45,155 nt of DNA, from assembly GCA_938091425.1 (NCBI GenBank), contig CALKHC010000111.1, forward strand, positions 1 through 45,155. Reading direction: 5' to 3'. Position 1 is the stretch's first letter, and each line of letters opens with the position of its first letter. This stretch comes from an uncultured Luminiphilus sp. Lineage in GTDB: Bacteria; Pseudomonadota; Gammaproteobacteria; Pseudomonadales; Halieaceae. The notes under the pieces were generated by a model, which made no database searches, was not told the DNA's origin, and saw only the letters and a list, made by a program, of their open reading frames with translations. A program made the position numbers and the translations under genes. Shown in pieces: positions 11,254 through 19,937 of the stretch.

Positions 11254-11288
11254 TTGAAAGGGCTCAGGCACTCCAGTAACATCCGCGC
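11254..11288 (+). promoter_or_regulatory. Putative sigma70 promoter of rplM-rpsI with GC-rich discriminator
   Basis: TTGAAA (11254-11259), 17-bp spacer, TAACAT (11277-11282), then CCGCGC. Confidence 0.65.
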
Positions 11289-11318
11289 TCCTTTGAATTC
11301 GCCCTCAGGGCATGGGTC

Positions 11319-11747
11319 ATGAAAACATATAGCGCCAAGGCAGGAGACGTGCAGCACGACTGGTTGGTAGTCGATGCCGAGAATTTGACGCTTGGTCGTC
11401 TCGCCACAGAGATCGCACATCGTTTGCGCGGCAAGCACAAGCCAGAGTACACCCCTCACATGGACATGGGCGATTACGTCGTTGTCGTAAATTGCGACAA
11501 AATCCGCGTTACCGGTGCGAAGCGGACCGATAAAATGTACTACCACCACACGGGTTTCCCGGGCGGGATCCGCTCAGCCAGTTTTGAGCAGTTGATCGAC
11601 AAAGCGCCCGAGCGGGTCATTCAGCGTGCAGTGAAGGGTATGATGCCGCGGAGTCCTCTGGGCCGCGCGATGCTGAAAAAGCTTAAAGTCTATGCCGGAC
11701 CTTCGCACCCGCATGCGGCACAGCAACCGCAGCCACTGACGATCTGA
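11319..11747 (+). CDS. rplM: 50S ribosomal protein L13
   Basis: [44 protein letters not shown]. Confidence 0.99.
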   Translation: MKTYSAKAGDVQHDWLVVDAENLTLGRLATEIAHRLRGKHKPEYTPHMDMGDYVVVVNCDKIRVTGAKRTDKMYYHHTGFPGGIRSASFEQLIDKAPERVIQRAVKGMMPRSPLGRAMLKKLKVYAGPSHPHAAQQPQPLTI

Positions 11748-11757
11748 GGAGGTCACG

Positions 11758-12150
11758 ATGGCAACTGCACAGTATTACGGAACAGGACGTCGCAAGACGT
11801 CGACTGCGCGCGTCTTTTTACGAACGGGCAGTGGCAACATTATGATCAACGGCCGCCCCATTGATGAGTACTTCGGGCGAGAAGTCGCGCGAATGATTGT
11901 CAAGCAGCCTTTGGAGCTGACTGAGAACAGCGAGACTTTTGATGCCAATGTCACTGTGGCCGGCGGGGGAAGCTTTGGCCAAGCCGGTGCCATTCGGCAT
12001 GGCCTGACACGCGCTTTGTTGGATTATGACGAAAGCTTGCGCGGCACACTGCGCGCGGCAGGCTATGTAACCCGTGATGCCAGAGAGGTAGAGCGCAAGA
12101 AAGTGGGTTTGCGAAAAGCTCGTCGGCGCCCGCAGTTCTCCAAGCGTTGA
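11758..12150 (+). CDS. rpsI: 30S ribosomal protein S9
   Basis: [41 protein letters not shown]. Confidence 0.99.
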   Translation: MATAQYYGTGRRKTSTARVFLRTGSGNIMINGRPIDEYFGREVARMIVKQPLELTENSETFDANVTVAGGGSFGQAGAIRHGLTRALLDYDESLRGTLRAAGYVTRDAREVERKKVGLRKARRRPQFSKR

Positions 12151-12169
12151 TCGATCTAATGAACTTCAG

Positions 12170-12196
12170 AGGCCCGCCTATGCGGGCCTTTTTTTT
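12170..12196 (+). terminator. Rho-independent terminator of rplM-rpsI
   Basis: AGGCCCGC-CTAT-GCGGGCCT stem-loop followed by a T run. Confidence 0.92.
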
Positions 12197-12294
12197 GACT
12201 AGGCGTCAGGTCCCGGAGGGCAGCGGGCTGTAAACTGGCGACTGTGCGGCGAGCGAAGTCGAATTGCAGCCGGAAGAGGAGGAAGTCAGGTATC

Positions 12295-12618
12295 GTGCAG
12301 TACGTTTATTTGCTTACCGCGGTGGCGTTGGAAGTGTCCGGGACTATGCTTTTGCCGGTGAGCCAGAACTTCACCCGCCCAGTGCCCACGTTGACCCTGA
12401 TCGGTTGCTACGCGGCGTCTTTCTACTCTTTGACCTTCGCTCTGAATACGCTGCCGATCGCGGTGGTCTACGCCACCTGGTCTGGGCTCGGAATTTTTCT
12501 CATCACCCTGTTTGGGTACCTGATTTTTGAGCAGGCATTGGAATGGCGCGCCATTGTGGGCCTTCTGATGATCGTGGTGGGGGTGGCGCTAGTGAATGGC
12601 TTCGCGCCAAATAAGTGA
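12295..12618 (+). CDS. Small multidrug resistance (SMR/DMT) transporter, EmrE/QacE-like
   Basis: 107 aa, four TM helices, membrane Glu in AVALEVSGT, YATWSGLG motif; GTG start after GAGGAGG. Confidence 0.9.
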   Translation: MQYVYLLTAVALEVSGTMLLPVSQNFTRPVPTLTLIGCYAASFYSLTFALNTLPIAVVYATWSGLGIFLITLFGYLIFEQALEWRAIVGLLMIVVGVALVNGFAPNK

Positions 12619-12811
12619 CTGGTGCGTCAAACAGAGGCTGATCCTGGCCCGCATGCATAGCGTAATTCAACTTGCTGGGGGCTTTCGTGACCATTACACT
12701 TCGCGCGCTGACTTCATCTTGTACGCCAAGGCCAACCTAACTTCTTTTTCCCGCCATGTGGGTGGCGGCAGGTATTGGCAGGCGACACGGTAGACCGGGA
12801 GAACCTCAATC

Positions 12812-13432
12812 ATGACGGATACAACAGACGCGCACGATTCGATGGCTGACGATGGCCAAACACGTCGACGCTTTCTGACTGCTGCCACTTCAGCGGTCGG
12901 AGTAGGTGGTGTGGCGGGTGTCGCCGTACCCTTTTTAGGGTCATGGAATCCCTCCGAGAAGGCGAAAGCCGCGGGGGCGCCAGTTCGCGCTGATATCAGC
13001 AAGCTTGAGCCAGGGCAAATGGTGGTGATTGAGTGGCGAGGCAAGCCTGTTTACGTGTTGCGTCGAACCCCTGAGCAGGTGGCTGGTTTAGCCACTCTGA
13101 ACGGGGATCTCAAAGACCCACAGTCTGAGGCATCGGCTCAGCCTGACTACATTGCGGGCGATGGAAGAGCCATCAACGAAGAGTTTCTTGTGATGGTAGG
13201 GCTCTGCACTCACCTGGGCTGTGCACCCAAGTTCCGGCCTGAGGTCGGGGCAACAGACATGGGTGGCGATGAGTGGCTGGGTGGGTTCTTTTGTCCCTGC
13301 CACGGCTCCAAATTTGATTTGGCCGGACGCGTCTATAAGGGCGTGCCGGCATCATCCAATCTCGAAATACCCCCTTATTCCTATGAGAGCGACAGCGTGC
13401 TAGTGATCGGCGTTGACGCGGAGGCAGCCTGA
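12812..13432 (+). CDS. petA: Ubiquinol-cytochrome c reductase Rieske iron-sulfur subunit
   Basis: Tat motif TRRRFL; CTHLGC and CPCHGS Rieske boxes. Confidence 0.97.
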   Translation: MTDTTDAHDSMADDGQTRRRFLTAATSAVGVGGVAGVAVPFLGSWNPSEKAKAAGAPVRADISKLEPGQMVVIEWRGKPVYVLRRTPEQVAGLATLNGDLKDPQSEASAQPDYIAGDGRAINEEFLVMVGLCTHLGCAPKFRPEVGATDMGGDEWLGGFFCPCHGSKFDLAGRVYKGVPASSNLEIPPYSYESDSVLVIGVDAEAA

Positions 13433-15432
13433 TGGAAAAAGCACTTACCGGTCTGATGTCTTGGATTGACGCGCGGCTGCCGCTGACGCGGACTTGGGAT
13501 ACGCACATGGGCGAGTACTACGCGCCCAAGAATTTCAACCTGTGGTATTTCTTTGGCGTGTTCTCGCTGTTGGTGCTCGTCAACCAGCTGCTGACAGGCA
13601 TCTGGCTGACGATGAGCTACACGCCGTCAGCGGAAGAGGCTTTCGCTTCGGTCGAATACATCATGCGTGATGTGGATTACGGTTGGTTGCTGCGCTACAT
13701 GCACTCCACCGGGGCCTCGGCGTTTTTTATCGTGGTCTACCTGCACATGATGCGAGCGCTCATGTATGGCTCATATAAAAAGCCTCGTGAGCTGATCTGG
13801 ATCTTTGGCATGCTGATTTTCATCGTGCTGATGGCTGAGGCGTTTGTGGGCTACGTGTTGCCGTGGGGACAAATGTCCTATTGGGGCGCACAGGTTATTA
13901 TTTCACTGTTCGGCGCTATTCCTGTGATTGGCGAGGACATTGTGACTTGGATCCGCGGCGACTATCTGCTGTCTGGGATCACACTAAATCGGTTTTTTGC
14001 GCTGCACGTTGTGGCGTTACCGATCGTGCTGTTGGCCCTCGTTGTACTGCACATCCTGGCGCTCCATGAAGTAGGCTCTAACAATCCGGATGGCGTCGAG
14101 ATCAAAAAGAACAAGGGGCCCGACGGTGTGCCGCTGGACGGCATCAAGTTCCATCCCTATTACTCGGTGCATGATGTGCAGGGCATTGCGGTGTTCCTGT
14201 TTTTCTTCTGCGCCATACTGTTCTTTGCACCGGAGATGGGAGGCTTCTTTCTCGAGTTTGCGAACTTTGAAGAGGCAAACGGGTTGAAGACCCCGGAGCA
14301 TATTGCTCCCGTGTGGTACTTCACGCCGTACTACTCGGTCCTGAGGGCGGTACCCGACAAATTCTGGGGCTTTGTGTTCTTCGCGGCGTCGGTTGTGATT
14401 CCCTTTGCGCTCCCATGGTTGGATCGTAACCCCGTGAGATCGTGGCGCTATCGCGGCATGCTGAACCGCGTGATGCTGCTCTTGTTCGTGGTGTCGTTCA
14501 TCATTCTTGGTGTGCTGGGCGTGAAATCACCGACCCCTGAACGCACCGTGCTCGCGCAAATTTGCACGATTTTCTACTTCTTTTTCTTCCTAGCAATGCC
14601 CTGGTGGTCGCGCATGGGCCGCGCCAAACCTGAACCTGAGCGCGTTACGATGAATGGCGGCATGTCGGTGTGGCAAAGCATGGCGACGCTGATCTTTATT
14701 GCCGTCATGACATTCCTGCCCCTCAAGGTCGTGGGTGCCGAGTCCGCCTATGACTGCGGCACGATTCCTTGTGATGCATTTGAAGCGGACCCAACAGATA
14801 CGCCGTCTCTTCAGCGCGGTGCGGCTCTGTATGCGAGCTACTGCATGGGTTGTCACTCGCTGCAGTATTCGCGGCATAACCGCGTCGCGCGAGATCTCGG
14901 TATCCCGGAAGATCTGTACAAAGCCAATTTAGTCTTTGATCCCGAGATCAAGCTCGGATCGCTCATGTCTAACAGTATGGATAAAGGTGATGCCAAGGTC
15001 TGGTTCGGAGCGACCCCGCCGGATCTGACGCTGATTTCCAGAGCGCGGCAGCCAGAGTGGCTGTACACGTATTTGCGGACGTTTTATCAAGACGAACTGC
15101 GACCCTACGGGGTAAATAACCGTGTCTATCCGAACGTCGGGATGCCCCATGTGTTAATGGAGCTACAGGGCTTGGCGGCCTGTTCTGACGAATCCGGCGC
15201 CGCGGTGGCGAAGGCTGAACAGTGTGTGACAATGGACGTGGCGTCGGCCGGTGCCATGTCTGCCGAACAGTTCGATGGTGCGATGTACGATCTCGTCAAC
15301 TTTCTGGCCTATATCGCTGAACCCTACAAGTCGGACCGGTTGCGCATCGGTACTTATGTATTGCTCTTTCTAGTGGTCTTCTTCATTTTCGCTTGGTTGC
15401 TGAATCGCGAGTACTGGAAAGACGTCCACTAA
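13432..15432 (+). CDS. petBC: Fused cytochrome b / cytochrome c1 of the bc1 complex
   Basis: N-terminal about 400 aa cytochrome b (RYMHSTGAS, PWGQMSYWGA, FFALH, PVWY); hydrophobic linker; cytochrome c1 (CMGCH, PPDL, MPHVL, C-terminal TM ending REYWKDVH) in one uninterrupted 666-aa frame. Confidence 0.95.
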   Translation: MEKALTGLMSWIDARLPLTRTWDTHMGEYYAPKNFNLWYFFGVFSLLVLVNQLLTGIWLTMSYTPSAEEAFASVEYIMRDVDYGWLLRYMHSTGASAFFIVVYLHMMRALMYGSYKKPRELIWIFGMLIFIVLMAEAFVGYVLPWGQMSYWGAQVIISLFGAIPVIGEDIVTWIRGDYLLSGITLNRFFALHVVALPIVLLALVVLHILALHEVGSNNPDGVEIKKNKGPDGVPLDGIKFHPYYSVHDVQGIAVFLFFFCAILFFAPEMGGFFLEFANFEEANGLKTPEHIAPVWYFTPYYSVLRAVPDKFWGFVFFAASVVIPFALPWLDRNPVRSWRYRGMLNRVMLLLFVVSFIILGVLGVKSPTPERTVLAQICTIFYFFFFLAMPWWSRMGRAKPEPERVTMNGGMSVWQSMATLIFIAVMTFLPLKVVGAESAYDCGTIPCDAFEADPTDTPSLQRGAALYASYCMGCHSLQYSRHNRVARDLGIPEDLYKANLVFDPEIKLGSLMSNSMDKGDAKVWFGATPPDLTLISRARQPEWLYTYLRTFYQDELRPYGVNNRVYPNVGMPHVLMELQGLAACSDESGAAVAKAEQCVTMDVASAGAMSAEQFDGAMYDLVNFLAYIAEPYKSDRLRIGTYVLLFLVVFFIFAWLLNREYWKDVH

Positions 15433-15451
15433 AAACCGGTCTAGGTGGTTT

Positions 15452-15474
15452 GGGGGCAACCTCTGCCCCCGTTT
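15452..15474 (+). terminator. GC-rich hairpin after the pet operon (weak terminator or mRNA-stabilising stem)
   Basis: GGGGCA-ACCTC-TGCCCC followed by only a short T run. Confidence 0.4.
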
Positions 15475-15517
15475 GAGTGGTACACTTCCGCCCCCATTTG
15501 TGGTCAGTTGAATTTGT

Positions 15518-16165
15518 ATGTCAGATGATGCTTCCGGGATCGTATCGAAGCGATCCTCCATGACCTTATTTTCGGATAACACCAGCCATTACAGTCATCG
15601 TGTCAGGTTGGTGCTAGCCGAGAAGGGCGTCACCGTAGAGCTGGTTGAGTCAGAGACTGGTGCGGTTTCCGCCGAGTTGGGGGACCTTAATCCCTACAAC
15701 ACCATGCCGACATTGGTCGACCGCGAATTGGTGTTGTATGAGTCCAAGGTCATGATGGAATATCTTGACGAACGCTTCCCTCATCCCCCTTTGTTACCGG
15801 TTTATCCCGTGGCACGTGCCGAAAGTCGCCTTTTCGTCTATCGCATCGAGAAAGATTGGGCCGCACTGGTGGATGCCATACAGTCATCCCGCAGCGACAA
15901 CGTCGTAAAGAAGTCCGTTAAAGAACTGAAAGAGAGTCTGGTGGCTGTGTCGCCCATCTTCATCGAGAAGCCATTTTTCATGAGTGAAGAATTCTCTCTG
16001 GTGGACTGCTGCGTAGCGCCCATTCTGTGGCGGCTGCCCTCGCTGGGCGTAGATATCCGGCCTAGTAAGCAGTCCAAGCCGCTGCTGGATTACATGGATC
16101 GTCTGTTCAATCGGGAGGCGTTTCAGGAAAGTCTCTCCATTCAAGAGCGGGAGATGCGCTCCTAA
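15518..16165 (+). CDS. sspA: Stringent starvation protein A (GST-like)
   Basis: SHRVRLVLAEKGV, LNPYNTMPTLVDRELVLYES, YLDERFPHPPLLPVYPVARA. Confidence 0.96.
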   Translation: MSDDASGIVSKRSSMTLFSDNTSHYSHRVRLVLAEKGVTVELVESETGAVSAELGDLNPYNTMPTLVDRELVLYESKVMMEYLDERFPHPPLLPVYPVARAESRLFVYRIEKDWAALVDAIQSSRSDNVVKKSVKELKESLVAVSPIFIEKPFFMSEEFSLVDCCVAPILWRLPSLGVDIRPSKQSKPLLDYMDRLFNREAFQESLSIQEREMRS

Positions 16166-16180
16166 AGCGGCCTGCCTTCC

Positions 16181-16555
16181 TTGAACTCCAGCCGCCCCTA
16201 CATTATCCGCGCTATTTATGAGTGGATCGTGGACAATGATTGCACCCCACATTTGCTAGTCGAGGTGGACCACGAGGGGATCGATGTGCCCCAAGGCTAC
16301 GTGACCGACGGGCAAATCGTACTGAATATCTCTCCCAATGCCGTGGTGGGCTTGGAAATGGGGAATGATCTGATTCTGTTCAATGGTCGATTTGGAGGCG
16401 TGGCAACTGATATCGTCGTGCCCATCAGCGCGATTCTTGGCATCTATGCGCGAGAAAACGGGCAGGGGATGGTCTTTGACGCCGCGGAAGAGCCGGATGA
16501 CCCGCCCGAGCCGCCGGCTGGTCGCGGCCGGCCCAGCCTCAAGGTCGTTAAATAG
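16181..16555 (+). CDS. sspB: ClpXP protease specificity-enhancing factor SspB
   Basis: RPYIIRAIYEWIVDN, IVLNISP, IYARENGQG, C-terminal ClpX-binding LKVVK. Confidence 0.96.
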   Translation: MNSSRPYIIRAIYEWIVDNDCTPHLLVEVDHEGIDVPQGYVTDGQIVLNISPNAVVGLEMGNDLILFNGRFGGVATDIVVPISAILGIYARENGQGMVFDAAEEPDDPPEPPAGRGRPSLKVVK

Positions 16556-17153
16556 CGGGCGCCGAAATCAGTTCGAACAACTGCACAACTCGCTCTGCAC
16601 TGCTGACCTCCGCTGCTTCTAGCGACACGCGGTCAGCCTCCTCTTCGGTCATGAGACCCATCAGGTAAACAACGCTGTTTTCCGTGACTACCTTGACCCG
16701 TGTGCCGGGCGTGTCTGAGCTGGCAAGTAGCTTTGATTTCACCTGTGTTGTGATCCAGGTATCGTGGGTTCGAGTTCCCATACTGGTTGCGGGCCCGATT
16801 TCCAATTCATTGTAGATTCGTCGGACGTCCTCAATTTTTTTCACAACGTCGGTTGCCAGCGCCTTGAGTTCTTCCGAGGGCACTTGGCCCGCCAGTAACA
16901 CGAAGCCATTGAAAGATACGATGCTGAGGTGCGCCTCATCATAACCCTCGTTTGCAGCGTTGATGTTGACCTTGGCCTTGGTTTCGATGCTCTCATCGGT
17001 CATCTGTTGTCCAAACGTGCGCTCTCCGGGATCTTCTTCGATAGGTCCTGCTCCTGCGCTGGACATGACCGACCCGCAGCCGCTCAACAACCCTGGCAAA
17101 GACAGGCTCAACAGTAGCGAGAGACTCGCAAGTCGGTGTCGTATCCCCATCAT
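16548..17153 (-). CDS. dolP: Dual BON-domain lipoprotein (DolP/YraP)
   Basis: Lipobox LSGC; two BON domains (VLLAGQVP; DTWITTQVKSKL, KVVTENSVVYLMG). Confidence 0.9.
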   Translation of the reverse strand: MMGIRHRLASLSLLLSLSLPGLLSGCGSVMSSAGAGPIEEDPGERTFGQQMTDESIETKAKVNINAANEGYDEAHLSIVSFNGFVLLAGQVPSEELKALATDVVKKIEDVRRIYNELEIGPATSMGTRTHDTWITTQVKSKLLASSDTPGTRVKVVTENSVVYLMGLMTEEEADRVSLEAAEVSSAERVVQLFELISAPAI

Positions 17154-17156
17154 GGT

Positions 17157-17708
17157 TCAGTCCCCCATTGGCCCAAATGTATGCGTGTCGATTAGCCGTG
17201 CCAAACAGATTGCCAATGCGCCGTTCAAGGTAAGCCGGGTTTCGACATTCTCTTCGCTAACCGTCATGCTCAGCCCCGGCCCACGATTGCCTACCCAGAT
17301 TGCCGCCACCTGTCGCTGTTCCAGAGCAACTGCTAATCGCTGTATTTCCTGCTCGCCCAATGAGGCGGCAAAAACAAATCCCACGTCCCCCAGTTGGCCC
17401 AGCGCTTGAATCTGTTGTCCCGCCCAGTTTACTCCAGTCTCAACGGATTCGATGTGATGCTCTGCCAGTTCGACAACCGGCAAACTGGGACGTTCTCTGA
17501 GAACGCCGCGGTGCAGCAGGCTCGCCAGCGCTGTGGCGCTGGCGCAGTCCGCACCCAAACCGATGCTGAACAGCTTGCGCTCATTGAGGATGGCCTCTGC
17601 GGCCAGTTCCACCGCGGCGCCTGTCGCTTCAGACAGGGAATCAATTGCGAGGCTGGTCGTCTCCAGGTGTCGCTGGAAAAAGTCAGAAATGAGCGGGTAG
17701 AAATCCAC
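17157..17708 (-). CDS. Divergent SIS-domain protein of the GmhA/DiaA family
   Basis: Sits between yraN and dolP where gmhA/diaA lies; retains RERPSLP and QQIQALGQLGDV, but catalytic motifs are degenerate. Confidence 0.75.
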   Translation of the reverse strand: MDFYPLISDFFQRHLETTSLAIDSLSEATGAAVELAAEAILNERKLFSIGLGADCASATALASLLHRGVLRERPSLPVVELAEHHIESVETGVNWAGQQIQALGQLGDVGFVFAASLGEQEIQRLAVALEQRQVAAIWVGNRGPGLSMTVSEENVETRLTLNGALAICLARLIDTHTFGPMGD

Positions 17709-17734
17709 GATGCAGTCACAGTCACTGGTTTAGG

Positions 17735-18085
17735 TTAGTCAAAGGCAGCGCGAATCCATACGGGTTCTCCGTCACCATTGGGCGCATCATAAGCGATCAC
17801 ATCGAAGCGGCAAGGGTGGTTTGACCACACCTGCTGCCGGCTCATGAAAGCGGCGGCGCAGCGCTTCAGCTTGCGCTGTTTAGACGCCGTAATGCTATGA
17901 ATAGCGCCGCCAAAACGAGCGCTACTGCGATACCGCACCTCGACAAAAGTCAAATGCCCAGCGTCGCGCATGATGAGATCGATCTCGCCAGACTTGGCGC
18001 TGAAATTGCGGGCGATCAGTTGAAGCCCGTGCTGAATTAAAAATTGTTCAGCCCGTTGTTCCCAATACTGGCCAATAGGGTTCAC
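17735..18085 (-). CDS. yraN: YraN family putative endonuclease (UPF0102)
   Basis: GEIDLIM, FVEVRYR, ITASKQRKL, CRFDVI. Confidence 0.93.
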   Translation of the reverse strand: MNPIGQYWEQRAEQFLIQHGLQLIARNFSAKSGEIDLIMRDAGHLTFVEVRYRSSARFGGAIHSITASKQRKLKRCAAAFMSRQQVWSNHPCRFDVIAYDAPNGDGEPVWIRAAFD

Positions 18086-18111
18086 TCGAGTCCTCTGCGC
18101 ATTGAGTCCGC

Positions 18112-19857
18112 TCAGGGTAACGCTTCCCGGCGGACTTGAGCGCCATCAAATGTGGCCAATTCCAGTGCTCTCTCCACCGATCCATCTTTTTTGCGACGTA
18201 GCAGGCCGGTTTGACCCCGGACAACCCACTGTTGGGTCTCGGTGGTTTGCTGCCAGTGCTGCGCCAAGGTCAGGGCGTCTCTGCCCAGTGCTCTGAGGCG
18301 ACTCAGCCGGTCTGTCATCTCCGGTGGCAGCATGGCAGGTGTCTCCACAAACACCACGCCATTCAGGTCGCGGTTACGGGTATCGGACACCCCATCGTTG
18401 ATGGCCGAGGTGGCATAGACGGGTATATCTCCCGTCATATGGAACACCAGCAGGGGACGCCAACTCCGGGCTGTCGCTGCATCAGGCGCGAGCATAAAAA
18501 TGCATTCGAAGTCGCTACGTCCTCGCCCTCGCGCGTCGACCGGTAGATCGAAGGCGCGCTCAACGGCGCGGATGCGCTGATCACTGGAACCGGATCCCAG
18601 CAATTTACCCATTTCCGCATTGGTATCGGCAGGGTTATCCGCAACCAGCTGACCACGGATACGTCCACCATGATGTGTCCAGCGTTCGGTGAATGACGAG
18701 AGGAGCCTTGCGCCGCGATCCGTGTTCATCCCCACCACGATGGCATGACGGCATGCTTGCCCGAAAGCGACATCGGCGATTTGCCGCGCTTCGTCCTCGG
18801 GTGCGAGGCTGAGGCTCATCCAGTTCCGATTTGACGATCCGGCCATCGAGTCGGTTTGGTTGAGGGCTATGATGGGCACCGACCGCTGAGCAAGCTGCCT
18901 CAGCAGGGCTACATCATCCTTGATCAAAGGTCCTATAACCAGGTCAGCGCCATCCGCCACTGCTTGACGGTATAAGGCTCTGACACCCGCTGGCTGCGTG
19001 GAATTCAAAGTGGTGAGGTTTGGTCGGCGGCTCGGATCTGGGAACAGGGTATAGAGTTGATCTACCGCGCCGGCTAAAACGGCTTCACCTGCACCGGCCA
19101 GCCTGCCTTCCAGTGGCAGCAGCAAGGCAATGTGGTCCACAGTCTCTGACGTCACCCAGCGCGTCACATGCTGGGGCATTGCAGGGTGTTGTGGTAGCGC
19201 GTTCGGTCGGGCAATCCAGTCAGCAAGAGCTTCAGGGCCTTCGCGATAAACAATCTGAATTTGCAGCCATTGACGCCAGTTGAGGTCACTGGTTCGTCGG
19301 CTTGCTTCAGCGAGGGTTGCCGTATCCAGTCTGAGCAAATAGCCAAAAAGCCTATCGCTCATGGTTTCGTCTTCACGCTTTATGGAGTGGGTATGTGTCC
19401 GCTGAAAAAGGGTCTCTGCAGCTGCGAGCCAGTCACCCGACATCGCTTGGCGTGCCTCCCGTTCCTGCAGCACCAAATCCAATGCGGCAGTGTTGTCTCG
19501 TGCCAGATTGGTCAGTAGTTGGTCGGATAGGGCAATATCCCCTGAAAACCAGGCGAGCACGCTATCAATGAACAATAGCGTCGATGCGTCGATATCAGCC
19601 AGTAGTAATTGGTTGCGCTCGAAACGAGCCGCCAACAGGGATTCTGTCTTGGCGAGGCCGGTCACTCTCTCGATGGCTTTTACGTCAATCCGCTCCCCTT
19701 CGACAGGGATTGGCAATGCTTCATCAACGACCAGTGGTGGCAACTCTCTGTCGCGATCAACGGAAGGTCCCGCGCACGCGACGAGCAATATCGATGTTGT
19801 CATAACAGACAACAAACGCGGGCTGCGAGATAAAAGCCGGAAAAGCCGTCGCTGCAC
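18112..19857 (-). CDS. lpoA: Penicillin-binding protein activator LpoA (LppC family lipoprotein)
   Basis: Lipobox LVAC; IALLLPLEG, VIGPL, LAPEDEARQIA, PVYATS, RLRALGRDA; start uncertain (19803-19887). Confidence 0.88.
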   Translation of the reverse strand: MQRRLFRLLSRSPRLLSVMTTSILLVACAGPSVDRDRELPPLVVDEALPIPVEGERIDVKAIERVTGLAKTESLLAARFERNQLLLADIDASTLLFIDSVLAWFSGDIALSDQLLTNLARDNTAALDLVLQEREARQAMSGDWLAAAETLFQRTHTHSIKREDETMSDRLFGYLLRLDTATLAEASRRTSDLNWRQWLQIQIVYREGPEALADWIARPNALPQHPAMPQHVTRWVTSETVDHIALLLPLEGRLAGAGEAVLAGAVDQLYTLFPDPSRRPNLTTLNSTQPAGVRALYRQAVADGADLVIGPLIKDDVALLRQLAQRSVPIIALNQTDSMAGSSNRNWMSLSLAPEDEARQIADVAFGQACRHAIVVGMNTDRGARLLSSFTERWTHHGGRIRGQLVADNPADTNAEMGKLLGSGSSDQRIRAVERAFDLPVDARGRGRSDFECIFMLAPDAATARSWRPLLVFHMTGDIPVYATSAINDGVSDTRNRDLNGVVFVETPAMLPPEMTDRLSRLRALGRDALTLAQHWQQTTETQQWVVRGQTGLLRRKKDGSVERALELATFDGAQVRREALP

Positions 19858-19937
19858 TTTTCGAGGGTGACCAATTGGCGTCATCACGGCAGTATAGCCC
19901 TAAGTCGTCCCAGATGATCCGAGGCGGAGTGAGTCCC

